Shown here: one piece after another, positions 24,125 through 48,208 of the stretch | How the letters are laid out: every line of letters starts with the position of its first letter | How positions within the stretch are numbered: position 1 is the first letter of the stretch | Assembly: GCF_009914755.1 (NCBI RefSeq) | Contig: NC_060947.1 | Source of the DNA: the human T2T-CHM13v2.0 reference genome, Homo sapiens | Strand: one strand, 5' to 3' | Length of the DNA: 64,000 nucleotides | Translations under genes and position numbers: made by a program | Notes under the pieces: model-generated | The model's input: only the letters and a program-made list of their open reading frames with translations | Told to the model about the DNA's origin: nothing | Database searches by the model: none

Positions 24125-25052
24125 TTAACAAAATGTTGACCTAAACTTTTTAAAATCATAGATTTGTAGCCACATTTCTTACCACATATTTCATTATTAT
24201 ATGAATGTGAAGGTACCACAGGTCTCATTATTCCCCAAAAACAAAGATAGTACCACAAACTCTCCTATATCTAGCACAGTTGAGGAATCTGGTGTTCTGG
24301 TCAGTCAAATTGCTTTTGTTTATTGAGAGTTCCCATAAATAGCAAACATGGATTACCAATTTTCAAAAGAATTAAGACACAATAAAATGTACTTAAGTCT
24401 AAAACTACACAGGATATAATTTATTTTTCACGGATGATTATGGAAAGGAACTCCAAGATCTTGCAGTAATTTTTTAAACTTATTTTTATTGCAATAGATT
24501 TATCTTCCAGATTAAACGTTTTATTTTGCATGCCATAAAAATCCTGAAAAAAAAACAAGTTATGAATTGTGAATTCTGTCTCCCTACACTAGTTCATAAA
24601 AAGGTTCCCAATGTGTTAAAAATAGACATTGTTTCTGGTACATAAATGAGAAAACCTGGTGCTATGGACACTGCAGAAAGACAAAACTCAGAAACAAAAT
24701 ATTTAGATTTTTTTTTTTTTTTTTGAGACGGAGTCTCACTCTGTCGCCCAGGCTGGAGCGCAGTGGCGCAGTCTCTGCTCACTGCAAACTCTGCCTCCCA
24801 GGTTCAAGCGATTCTCTTGCCTCAGCCTCCTGAGTAGCTGGGATTACCACGCCCAACTAATTTTTGTATGTTTAGTAGAGACGCGGTTTCACCATGTTGG
24901 TCAGGCTGGTCTCGAGCCCCTGACCTCGTGATCCGCCCGCCTCGGCCTCCCAAAGTGCTGAGATTACAGGCGTGAGCCACCGCGCCCAGCAATATTTAGA
25001 TCTTAAAGCAGCAGTTTGACACTATTTTGTACTACCACGTAGAGCTACGTAC

Positions 25053-25089
25053 CTTTAAAGTCCATGGAAAAAAAATCATCATTGTCCAT
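25053..25089 (-). CDS. TEX11: TEX11 first coding exon (full exon 25053-25110), MDNDDFFSMDFK + phase-1 base
   Basis: Reads ATG GAC AAT GAT GAT TTT TTT TCC ATG GAC TTT AAA G|GTACGT with acceptor TTATTTCACAG|; matches the recalled TEX11 N-terminus; TEX11 is the known neighbour of SLC7A3 on Xq13. Confidence 0.9.
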
Positions 25090-25491
25090 TTTTAAATCTC
25101 TGGCTCAAGCCTGTGAAATAATAACATATTTTAATACTCTGTTTTATCCTCTAGTTTCTCAACAAATTTCTTTCCAGTGAAATGTTTCCCGTTACTTGTT
25201 ATCCAAAGGGAGAAAAAAAGGCTGAGTAAAGTTAAAAGCCCATGAAAGGGCTTTTGTGAGGGGCAGGGCCAGGCTGCCAAGTTACATAAAAGGGACCTTT
25301 TCTTACCATAAGTCTGCCTGGCAACGGGGGAAATGGAGCTGAGTGGTACCCTGTTATTGGTCTGGCTGGGTCTCGCTGCTTCTTCCTAATTGGCTCAAAA
25401 TCCGCTTCCGCTACCAACCGCACATTCAAAGCATCCAATCACTCACGGTCCTTTTTCCCGCTCTGTGAGAACGCTAGCACCTTCAGTATCC

Positions 25492-25779
25492 TGCCCCCAA
25501 CGGTCATGAACAGTCCTGCTTCAACGTAATTTAGGTCCTTCAGCATCTAAACAACAATAACTACTATCTCCGGTTTTCAGTGGCCCACCACAACTCCCCA
25601 TACTCCTCCATCCTCATCAAAAAACATTACATTGCCCCCAACGGTCATCAACAGTCCCGCTTCAACGTAATTTAGGTCCTTTAGCATCTAAACTACAGTA
25701 ACTACTATCTCCGGTTTTCAGTGGCCCACCACCGCTCCCCATACTCCTCAATCCTCGTCCAAAAACATTACATTTGCCC
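25492..25779. repeat. 141-bp tandem duplication (2 copies) in TEX11 intron 1
   Basis: Units start tgcccccaacggtcat at 25492 and 25633 and align over their whole length with scattered substitutions. Confidence 0.95.
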
Positions 25780-25939
25780 ATCTTCGTTCGCCTTGAGAGC
25801 GACGAGCAGTTCTGTAGTACAAAGTCACTGCCTTAGGGCCGCTCTAAAAAGTTTTGGCCTAATGGCTATAATATATTCTTGCTAGTTATAAACTACCCAA
25901 CTAACTTGTGCTTGAAGCCTATTCTACCCCTTCCTGCCC

Positions 25940-26125
25940 ACTAAACCACTCACCTCAGCCGCAGCCACCAATGCCGCCCTGCTCTCTCCACAACCTCCGT
26001 CCACAGCGCACGAGGACGTTCAGAAAACTCCGCCCCCTAGCGACGCTAGCGGTGTCACGCTAGGCCACTAAAGCCACTCCCACTTGGCCTTTACGCTGTG
26101 TCACGGAGCCTAAGCCTTGCGACCC
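25940..26125 (-). promoter_or_regulatory. TEX11: TEX11 CpG-containing germline promoter
   Basis: CpG cluster, GC box (ctccgccccc 26028-26037), two GTGTCACG motifs (about 26052 and 26098), no TATA box. Confidence 0.7.
25954..26015 (-). other. TEX11: TEX11 non-coding exon 1 (TSS approximate)
   Basis: Consensus donor GAG|GTGAGT ending at 25954 within a small CpG-rich patch about 0.85 kb upstream of the ATG exon. Confidence 0.72.
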
Positions 26126-26616
26126 AGTCTAGACCTTAGATCCTGGGGATGCAGTTCAGAGAGTCAGTCACTTGGTGAGTTCAGGGTGAGAATAACTGAG
26201 AGTAAGCAAATATGATGTAATTCTGAAAGCATAAGACAATGAATTGAGGGAAAAGTGCAGATGGCCAGGATTACCAAAAGGAGAGCAGGACTTCACACAC
26301 ACAAAAAAAAGAACAGAAAAAGAAATAAAGCAAGTAGACATTGTTGATCACTGGTTATGCAAGAGTGGCAAAGGTCAGAAATAGCAGAAATATTAGAAGC
26401 TGAGGAGACTAGTCGAGGCCAGCCTGATCAACAAGCCAGACTGCACCTGAACCAAAAAAAAAAAAAAAAAATCCAGGTGTGGTGGCACACGCCTGTAGTT
26501 CCAGCTACTTGGGAGGCTGAGGTGGAAGGATCATTTGAGCCTGAGAGTTTAGGTCCAATAAGCCATGATCCCACCACTGCACTCCAGCCTGGGAGACAGC
26601 GAGATCATGTCTCTTA

Positions 26617-27567
<951 letters not shown>

Positions 27568-28266
27568 GCCTTTTAGTTCCAAGACGTTTCTGTTGCCCTG
27601 CCTTTGTCCAATCATTAGGAAACTAGGAGACTCCCCTGCAGTCTCACAGCAAGCTCGCATGTCCCACCCATCTCCAAACCAAATGGCTTGAGGGGTGGAA
27701 TATGTAAGTAAAAATTTGATTCCAGCTAAATCTAAGCATGATGCTAATCTCCACTCAGAGATAACAGTGTGAAAACATGATGCCTCCAGATTTGTAGACA
27801 AACACAGAATCAAAACATTAATAAGCCTCCCACTTCTTCCTATATACCCCTCTTTTAAGCCTTGTGCACCTCAGGCCAGATATGGAGCTGGCTAACAGGA
27901 TAAAGAAGAGAGATTGTGGCTCCAGTTTCTGGGAACATTAACAGAGTTCCTTCCTGATCCTGAAAGTCTCAGAATCAGTCATTAGATCTCGTGGACAAGA
28001 TGAGGTTACTAAAAGTAATTTATTTTCCCTCTTCAAAATTGTATCTAGATTGCATAGTACAATGAAGAAAAATGGGAAAACAGAAAGTACTGCTATTAAT
28101 TCCTCTTCTTTTGCATCCTGCAGTTTGGTATGTCTTTATTTCATAACCCTCGATTGCCATATTAGGGAAAGAATTCTGGTGAAAAGGAGCAGTGGAGTAT
28201 GCCACAGTTGACTGACTCTCCATGCACCATATACTGTGTGGCCTTGAGCCAGCTTTAAGAATCTTA

Positions 28267-28422
<156 letters not shown>

Positions 28423-28513
28423 TTAAAAAGAGGCTTAGTGCAGTGGCTCACACCTGTAATCCCAGCACTTTGGGAGGCCAGGGTGGGAGGATCACTTCAG
28501 CCCAGGAGTTTGA

Positions 28514-28759
<246 letters not shown>

Positions 28760-30674
28760 TAGTCAGGCTGGTTTCGAACTCCTGACCTCAGGTGATCCAT
28801 CCGCCTCAGCCTCCCAAAGTGCTGGGATTACAGGTGTGAGCCACCGTGCCCAGCCTCTATTTAAAAAAATACGTATATATTAAAACAATCTTAGCACCTC
28901 AATTTCCTCATATGTACAATGGGAATAAAAGTAATTCTAGGCTTCTGGTTCAATAGAATAATGCACATAAAGCATCTAGAACAATGGGTGGCTGGCATAT
29001 AGTAGTAGTCACTTAACAAATGTTAGTTCCCATTATCATTTCCCATTTCCTGGTTGACAAACTTCCTACTTCCATTATCCCACCTAAACCCCTGGTTCCA
29101 CCATAGCTTCTTTGTTCATGGATGAACAGATGAACAAGTAAGGTGATAATTAGAACTCAGCTCTCAAGACTACAAGCAGCCCTTTCACATGCATCTTAGA
29201 GTTCTTAATGATTAATAACGTCTGCGGTAGAATGGATATTATACTATTCAGCATTATATAAGGCATATAGGAATCACATGATTCTATTGATGAATACCAG
29301 TTGTAAATATGACTCCAAAGTTAGGGCTACTGAGCTGACGCCAGTGCACTGAAAGGGCCAGTGAATAAAGGAAAATGTACGGAAAGGGTGAAAACCCTGA
29401 TAATACATGGATATCTTCAAATTTTTTTTTGTTTGTTTTTATCCAGATGGCCTTCCTAGATGTTACAAGTAAATGAAAATTAAAAGAAACAGAAGAAAAA
29501 AGTAAAAGAGAGAGAAAAGGAGAGCAGATAAAAGAAGCAGGTACATATTGAGGTGGATAAGCAAGAGTGAGCAGTAAAATGCCATTAAGTAGCACTCAAC
29601 ATGCTGTGGATTATCTTCCTTTACCCTCCTAACATAAGCTATAAGTTTTCTGTCCTACCCTTTAACAAAATGTTACAGAAATGGTGAAATACATGGTACA
29701 TAAGATGGTTGAACAGCTTGGACTCTAATGAGAGCCTATTAAAACTCTCATCAATAGAGTGGATTAAAAGACAGTTAGCAACCAAGAACACAAATTAGTT
29801 AATAAAGTAGCATTACGCCCTGTTAAAAGAAGAGAAAGACTTCCAGAATAAACATGCAATTACAGTCAGGAAAATTCTAAAAACAAAATCATTAATGGAG
29901 GGAGGAAGAGGAGCTTGTTCTTCCAGATATTAAAACTATTGCAAATAAAATTGTGTGGTAATAGTGCAGACAGATAAATGAACAGAATAGAGTCCAGAAA
30001 CAGACCCAAATATACATAGAAATTATTGAAATCAGTGGGGCAAAGAATTATTCAAGAAAAAGTGTTGAAATGACTTTAGAGCCATTTGTTAAAAAAAAAA
30101 ACTAGATCCTTACCTCTCATTTCATATACCAAAATAAATTCTACATTAATCAAAAATTAAATCCAATCATAAAATTTCTATTAAAAATAGGTGTGAATAT
30201 CTTATAGCTTTATTAATATACTAAGACGTAGTAGTTTTTTTTTTTTAATTTTACCTAGTTGGCAAGATCTAAATATGATCTGGAAACCCAAATCAAAAAG
30301 GGAAAACAGTAAGTTTTACTGCATAAAAAATAACTCTTCTGAGTGGCACTATAAGCAAGGTTGAAAGACAAACCACAGACTAAAAAAAGATTTTTTCAAC
30401 ATATGTAACAGATAAAGACTTAACATCTCTAACATAAAAAGAGCTCTTCAAATTAAAAAGAAAAAGACAAATACTCTAGTAAATAAAAGCTCATAGGACA
30501 TGATCAGACAAATTACACAGGAAGAGTACAACCAACAAACACATAAAAAGATACTCGGTTGGGCAAGAAGGCGCATGCCTGTAATCCCAGCACTTTGGCA
30601 GGCCGAGGTGGGAGGATTGCTTGAGTCCAGGAGCTTGAGACCAGCCTGGGGAATGTTGTGAGACTTCGTCTCTA

Positions 30675-30827
<153 letters not shown>

Positions 30828-31384
30828 TCAAATATTAATTAATTAATTAATTAAAAAATTTAAAAAAATAAAATAAAAAAGATACTCAACCTCACTAGTA
30901 ATCGTAGAAATTCAAATTAAAGCAAGGTAAAATTTTCATCTATCTGATTGGCAAAAGTTAAAAAGATTAAGAAAACCTTAAATTTGTCAAAATATACAAA
31001 ACAGGCACTCTTGGGCACTGTAAGTAGGAATACAAATTAAATTAATGCAACTTTCTGGAAGAAAGGCAGTTTGGCAATATATATCAAAATCTTAAATGTG
31101 TGTACCCTGTCACCCAACAATTACCCTTTTAGGATTTTTCCAAAAGAAGAAATTGGAAAAATTTGCAAAGACAGATTAACGGAAACATTCACTGAAGCAT
31201 TGTAAACCACATAAATGTTCACCAGCAGACTACTGGTGAAGTTATACAACTACGTTAGTTGTATATGGAACATATATTATGGTTTGGAATACATATACAA
31301 CCTTTAAAAACTGTTGTGATGGGCCGGGCACAGTGGCTCATGCCTGTAATCCCAGCACTTTGGGAGGCCGAGGCAGGTGAATCA

Positions 31385-31600
<216 letters not shown>

Positions 31601-31888
31601 TCAAAAAAAAAAAAAAAAGAAAGAAAGAGGAAGAAAAAGTAAAACTGTTGTGATGGTTCAAATCTGGGTGCCCCCTCAAAAAAAAAAAAAAAAAGAATGG
31701 TTGCAGAAACAACCGGGCTTAATGCCTCACATCTATAACCCCAGCACTTTGGGAGACGGAGATAAGAGGGCCACTTGAGACCAGTCAACACTTTTTAATT
31801 CAGTGTTGACTAGCCTGGACAACAATTTATAACAATTTCATAGTTATAAAACTAGGGACATGTCTACATTCTACTGTTGAGATTTTAG

Positions 31889-32705
<817 letters not shown>

Positions 32706-33194
32706 TAAACACATATTTTTATCATTAGGGAGAAAAAGAGACACTATTTTCATTTTTTAAAACCCACAGGAAAATGAAGGAGTTCTTATCTGATGGGCAT
32801 GCATTTTCTCAATAAAGTATGAGGCAAAGTCAACAGCAGAGAGTAGGAGGGAGAGATCTGAAGAATGTGAATAAGGTAAGTGAGTGGTTTTAGAGAGTTG
32901 GAGAATTAAGAGTAAAGGGGGATTTTTAGCTATGTTGAAGACCTAGTTGATTAAGCTTGACTATCATTAACCTGCCCATTGTGTGATTGCCTCCACCAAT
33001 CCTGAACTATACAGGTTAAAGTATAAAGAAGATGAATGTGTGGATTCCTCCAGGAGGTGGGTGGAGGGGAACTATGGAGTATTGTGTAGGCAGTTGAAGG
33101 TATTTGCAAGAGTCATAATAATAAATTCAGGAATTTAAGTGAAAAAGGGAGCAAGCAAAGTTTGGAGGAGGCTGGGTGCAGTGGCTCATGCCTA

Positions 33195-33527
<333 letters not shown>

Positions 33528-33624
33528 TCATGAAGCCAGAGAATTGTAGTGGGGTTACTTGAGCCAGTGAGCTAGAAAAGCTTGGGAAGTTTTAGAAAGA
33601 AAACTTAATGTGGGGGTTTTTGGC

Positions 33625-38760
<5,136 letters not shown>

Positions 38761-39128
38761 AGTAATTTCAGAGGCCCGCGTTCTTGCAAGATCTAGGCTA
38801 TGAGTACATAACAAGGTAGCAGAGGTGGAAGGAATTATATGATCAAATCACAGAACCACTGCCTCCTTCACCTATCTTAACACTCATCCAAACACTTATT
38901 GCCATTCAATTGCAGGCCCTCGAATTAATGGTCCTCAAGAGTCTCACTGGAAGGCCGGGTGAGGTGGCTCACGCCTGTAATCCCAGCATTTTGGGAGGCT
39001 AAGGCGGGCAAATCACTTGAGGTCAGGAGTTCGAGACCAGCCTGGCCAACATGGCAAAACCCCGTCTCTACTAAAAATACAAAAATTAGCCTGGCAAGGT
39101 GGCACACACCTGTAATCCCAGCTACTCA

Positions 39129-39260
<132 letters not shown>

Positions 39261-42200
39261 TCACTGGAACCTACCTTTTCTGCCTTATTTTTCCACTTCA
39301 TCCCTTCAAAATCCTAGGCTCCAGGCAAGATGAATTATAAGCTTTCCCATCTTTTTGCCTTTGTACACAAGATTCCATCCTCCTGGATGCTGTCACTCCA
39401 ATTCACTAAATTACACATTTTACCTATTCTTTAAGCTTTAGCTTAAAAGCCTTGACCTCTGTGAAGCCTTCCCAGAACTACTTGCAAGAACTCCGTCATG
39501 TGAATTCTCATGATACTTCATGCATACCTCTCTTAAGGCATTTATTATTTCCTATTTTGTGTCTTTGTACTTATTTGATTCAATGTGATCTCTCTCTTCT
39601 TGTGGAGATTAAGATTAGACCATGCCTAAAGCAATTTTCAATTCCATCTTCAAGCATGGTACCCAACTGTATGAATGTTTCCAAAGTGTGGTATGTGTGA
39701 TTATTTTACACAGCCAAACATTTTTTAATAGTGAGATATTTCTTTAAATGTATATTAGAAAAATATTAAATACTTTTTTTTACTTATGATCATGGTAAAA
39801 TGTTTTCCTTTTAAAATAAGTATATTTAAGCTTTAAAATATGGTTTTTTTTTAATACTCAGTACAGGAACTACACAGGTAGAGAAAAATTCATGAAGGTT
39901 ATACTCAGATATCTGAAACACTGCACTGAATGGAAACTGACTAGAGAACCAAATCACAGAACCACTTCCTCCTTCACATGAGAGTTATCTAAACAGCAGT
40001 ACCAGGATGTATCAGTGCTCCCTATTGACAATCTTCTTTAAGTATATAAATGCAAGAATCACCCACCTTAAAAAAAAAAAAAACTCTCCTTCAATTCCCT
40101 CCAGCTACTGCCTGAAATGCTAACCTATAGCCCCCTGTGTCCACTTCCTCACCCTCTATTCACTCAACCCACTGCAGCACAGCTTCCACCCCCAGCACCT
40201 GACATTTGAAATGAGCAACTATCTCCTAACCGACAAAAACCAGTGAACCCTGTTCTGTCCTTATCTTATTTAACTCGGCTCTCTAGGCAGCATTTGGCAT
40301 TGTGGACTTGGGGCATTGCCTATTCATTGTTCCTGAAAAGTTCTTTCCTCCGTAGACTTCCACACACTCTCCTGTCTTTTCAGTCATCCCTTCTTCAACT
40401 CCTTTATTGAATCCCCCTCCTTTGTCTATCCCTTAAATGTTAGAGTTTCCCTAATCTTTTACTATTAAGATCATCATAAAAGGAATGAAAATAGTAATGT
40501 TTGCACACAGTAAAAAAAAAAAAGGAAAAAAGGAAAAAGTACAGAAGAGAAACCGGAGGTTAACAGTTTCTTATATATATATATTTTTCCAGAAAAAAAA
40601 AAATGATGTGTAAGTACATTCTCTTTTGTTCTTTCACAAATATTCTGCACCTTGTGACTTGAGTTTTGTTTTCATTTTTACTTAACAGAGTATCTTGAAG
40701 GTCTTTTGTATCACCTATTGGCACATACAATTCTCTTATTCTCTTAATGGCTGCTTAAGTATTCCCCGAATTAATGTATTAGAACTAATTTAACTAGTTT
40801 CTTGCTGATGCACATTAGCTAGCTTCCAAGTTTTATGCTGTTATTAGCAATGCCACAGTAAACACCCTTATACACATGTAAATTTTTAAAATGTTTATAC
40901 ATATGTAAATTTTTAAAATTCCTATAATTTTTTAAATTCCTATAAAAGTAAACATCCTTCCCAGCTACTGGAGAGGCTGAGGTGGGAAGATCTCTTGGAT
41001 CTCAGGAGTTCCAGGCTGCATTGAGCTGTGATTGCACCACTGCACTCCAGCCTGGGTAACAGAATGAGACCCGGTCTCAAAAAAAAAAGAAAAAGAAAAG
41101 TAAACATCCTTGTACGTATGTAAATTTTTTCTATACATATGTAAATTTTAAAATTCAGGTGGTGGGGTGGAATTGTCAGACGAAAAGGAACGTGTTTTTA
41201 ATTCTTATCATCAAATTGCCCTCCACAAAACTTAACAAGAATGTACAGCACCATCATGCATGAGACTGCCTGTTTACCCTCACTTTTGCCTCACTTTCTT
41301 TATTGCCTCACTTTTGCCTAGTCATCTAAATTTGTTTGTCAGTCTGTAAGGTAAGAACTAACACCTCATGTTTGTTTTCATTCGTACTTCTTTAATAGTG
41401 AAGTTGAGCATGCCTCTTCTATTTGTTGGTGTTTTATATTCTTTTCTGAAAACTATTTACATCCTTTGCTAATTTTTCTATCAGGTTGTTCACTTCTTTC
41501 CTATTGATCTGTAAGAGCTGTTTGTGTATAAAGGAAATTATACAATTTGTGCCGCAAAATATATTTTTTCTTTTGATTTAGTTTATTTTGCCCGAAGGTC
41601 ATCTTTGGCCCCACACAGATTCTATCACATTATATTTGTCCTCTGAGTTGTTGACTCCTAAATCTATAACTTTAGCCCAGACCTCTATCCTAGCTCCAAA
41701 TTTCAACTGCAGGACTGTATATCTTCACCTATATATGAAGCTAAAAGCACATGTATGTTTATAAACTCATCATACCTGGAACTGAATTATTATTTTCCAA
41801 ATATTTTTTTCCTCTTATGCTCCCTTATATTAGTTAATGGTTTGATCATTCACCTAGAAACTTTACCTGGATGTCACTCACTTCTTTTTTACCCCCTGCA
41901 TTCAACTGATCAAAATTCTGAAATATTTTGCCCAAATGACTGCAGTCAGTTACTACTAGCAATGTTGCATAGTGGTTAGAGTATAAGCTGCAGAGTCAAA
42001 CAAAACTGGGCTTCTTTCCTGGCTCTGACCTTTCTACATTATGTGACCTAAAGCATATTTCTCACCTAAAGCCTGTTTCCTCATCTGCAAAAAATAACTA
42101 TCTTAACATCTATTTCACAGGGTTATTGAAAAGACTTAATGAGATTGTATGCAGAGTAATGGAATATAATAAATGCTCAATAAATGGTAGCTATTATCTT

Positions 42201-43628
42201 CCTGCTCTAGCTTGTCCCACTCACTTCCAAGCCATCTTCCTTGCTGCTGCCAGACTCACACTCACAAATCCAACCATCCCCCTGCTTAGAGTTGTCCAGT
42301 GACTCCCCACCTTTTTTTTTTTTCTTTTTTGAAACAGAGTCTCACTCTGTCACCCAGGCAGAAGTACAGTGGCACTATCACAGCTCACTACAGACTCAAC
42401 TTCCCAGGCTCAAGGGATCCCTTCCACCTCAGCCTCCTGAGTAGCTGGGACTATAGATGTGCACCACCACGTCCAGCTAATTTTTTCTATTTTTTTGTAG
42501 AAACAGGGTCTCACTATATTGCCCAGGTTGGCCTGGAACTCCTGAGCTCAAGCGATCCGGCCACCTCAGCCTCCCAGTGTTGGGATTACAGGCGTGAGCC
42601 ACCGCACCTGGCCTTCCCACTTCTTTTTTCTGCACACACACTTATAACATCTAAATTCCTTAGTATACAAGGCCATGTATACAGCCTTTTATCTTTTACC
42701 ACAGCTGCATATGTGCTACCCTCCAGCTACATTAAACTGTATGCCACACCCCAAACACAATTTGAATGTTTTTTCATACTTCCGTGGTTTCTTGCACACT
42801 GTACACTGACAGCCAAGCCCTTCCCTCAGTCCACTTCTTAAGCATCTACTGCAGACTCAGTTCAAGCATGTCCTTCTTTGTGCTTCCACAGCACTCTGCA
42901 CTGCCCTGGTACAAATCACACTGTTTTGTAGTCATATTTACCTGCTTGTCTCCTCCACAAGATTGTGAGTTCCTTAAGGGTGGGGATTATGTTTTATTCA
43001 CATTTGTATCCCCAGCACCCACCACAGGACCTAACGTTTTATAGGAGCTTCACCTATGTTTGTTGAATAAATGGATGAATGAATAGTTCTCGTTCTGAGC
43101 AGAGCTCTGACCTCTATTTTCCTACTACTTCTGCAGCAAACAGTATCCATATATTAATATATGTGGTCCCTTACCAAACCCCCTGACTATCCACCCCTCC
43201 TCCCAGCAGTGCCAAACACCGCAGCCAAAATTTCTGATGCTCAGGCAGTTACAGGAGTGTGGGACTGGTCCAACTAGAAGAGGTGGAACAGAAGCCAATA
43301 GTTTCAGTGTAGGCCCTAACCAATGTCAGTGTTGCTATCAGAGTCCACCCCAAATCCCAGAGACAAGTGTTGCTGTCTACTTATCCAGAACCTAACCTTA
43401 AGTGTAATGAGGGGAAAACATATCTCAAGACCATTCCTTTAAGTGTGACTGGACTGGATGGCTACCTACTTACACCACCCTCCTCAAACCCTGATTCAAC
43501 AAGAAGCACCCACAGGCACAGCAGATGCTTTTGTGGTAACTGAAGAAAACACAAAGGACACTTCTCTGAGGCTCTTCACTCTTAAAAGTCAGGCTCTACA
43601 TCTTTAGCAAGCAAAAAACAGGACACAG

Positions 43629-43634
43629 TTTATT
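43629..43634 (-). terminator. SLC7A3: SLC7A3 polyadenylation signal AATAAA
   Basis: tttatt on + strand about 230 nt past the stop codon, followed on the minus strand by a GT/T-rich tract; a second hexamer ATTAAA at 43647-43652. Confidence 0.85.
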
Positions 43635-43862
43635 TTTCTACTTTCTTTTAATATCATTTTTTAAAGTTGGTAAGCAGCTAGACATCATTTAGAAGCAGAC
43701 GGGTTAAAATAGACAAGAAATAGCAAAGACACATCCTTCACATCGTACAGAACTGTATTAGTATCCACCACCACCATCACAGGGGAGGGCTAGCTGTCAC
43801 TGGGGTCAGGAGTACTCTCCATTATTGTGCAGGGGACCAGACAGCATTTAGGTGTGACGATG

Positions 43863-44045
<183 letters not shown>

Positions 44046-44048
44046 CTA

Positions 44049-44291
<243 letters not shown>

Positions 44292-44507
44292 CTATGCAGG
44301 CCAGAAAAGGGTGAGTCCAACTCTTACTTGTCCTCTGCATTTCAGTAGCTGCTCATTTAGCATACCTCATGAGACTCCAAGAATATGCAGTTTGGGTAAA
44401 TGGAACTGGAAAGGAACTAAAGAGGGTCAGAGAAGAAGTCTTTGGCCTAGGTACCTCCTATATCTTCCCTTTCATGTTCAATTAAAGAATATCTATGAAC
44501 TTTATTA

Positions 44508-44780
<273 letters not shown>

Positions 44781-44883
44781 TTAAGACCAACATGCTAAGA
44801 CATTAGAAACCCTGTTCCAAGGAGAGTCGCTCTCTCTCTAGTTCTTCCTCAGCCACCAAATGCCACACACTTCGACCCAATCA

Positions 44884-45129
<246 letters not shown>

Positions 45130-45330
45130 TTACTCACTTTATCATCTTCTCCCAGGCAGCTTAACCTTCCTCATCACCATTAAGGGAAGTTCTTTTTGGC
45201 AGGGTGAGATACCCAGATTCCTCAAAGAAAGTTGGAATAATGAAGGCGAAGGAGGAAAGAGGAGCAGATCTCCATCATTCCTCATCCAAGAATAAAAATC
45301 CAAATCACAGTATGCAGAGGAAGAGTCTCA

Positions 45331-45483
<153 letters not shown>

Positions 45484-45507
45484 TTAAAGAAGTTGGCGAA
45501 ACAACTA

Positions 45508-45759
<252 letters not shown>

Positions 45760-45762
45760 TCA

Positions 45763-46368
<606 letters not shown>

Positions 46369-46489
46369 CTAATGCCAAACCAGTTAGCTAGGTCTTCAAA
46401 GCCCAGCCTCCCATTTTTTCCCATCCCCATCCAGAATCCTTCAGCAGATCCCCTTCTTCCCCTTCATTTTCCCAGCTCTGCAGCTCCTA

Positions 46490-46720
<231 letters not shown>

Positions 46721-46846
46721 TCAGTCCAAGCTTTGTTTCCCTGCCTCTAGGTTCCTTCCCAGCTTTTCTTCTTCCCCACCATTATCACCTCCCTTAAGCC
46801 TTTCTCAGGCCCATCCCCCATCCTTATCCCTGGCCCCAAGGACTAG

Positions 46847-47440
<594 letters not shown>

Positions 47441-47530
47441 TATTATTACTTTTTAAGAACCAAAACCATTCACTTAATTAAGGAAACCAGGACGGAGATG
47501 GATAGAATGAGCAATTTCTCCACACCTTCA

Positions 47531-48208
<678 letters not shown>

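Noticed and set aside
25492-25779. Repeat considered as CRISPR-like or prokaryotic system
   Set aside because: Only two long adjacent units with no spacers, in a clearly primate context.
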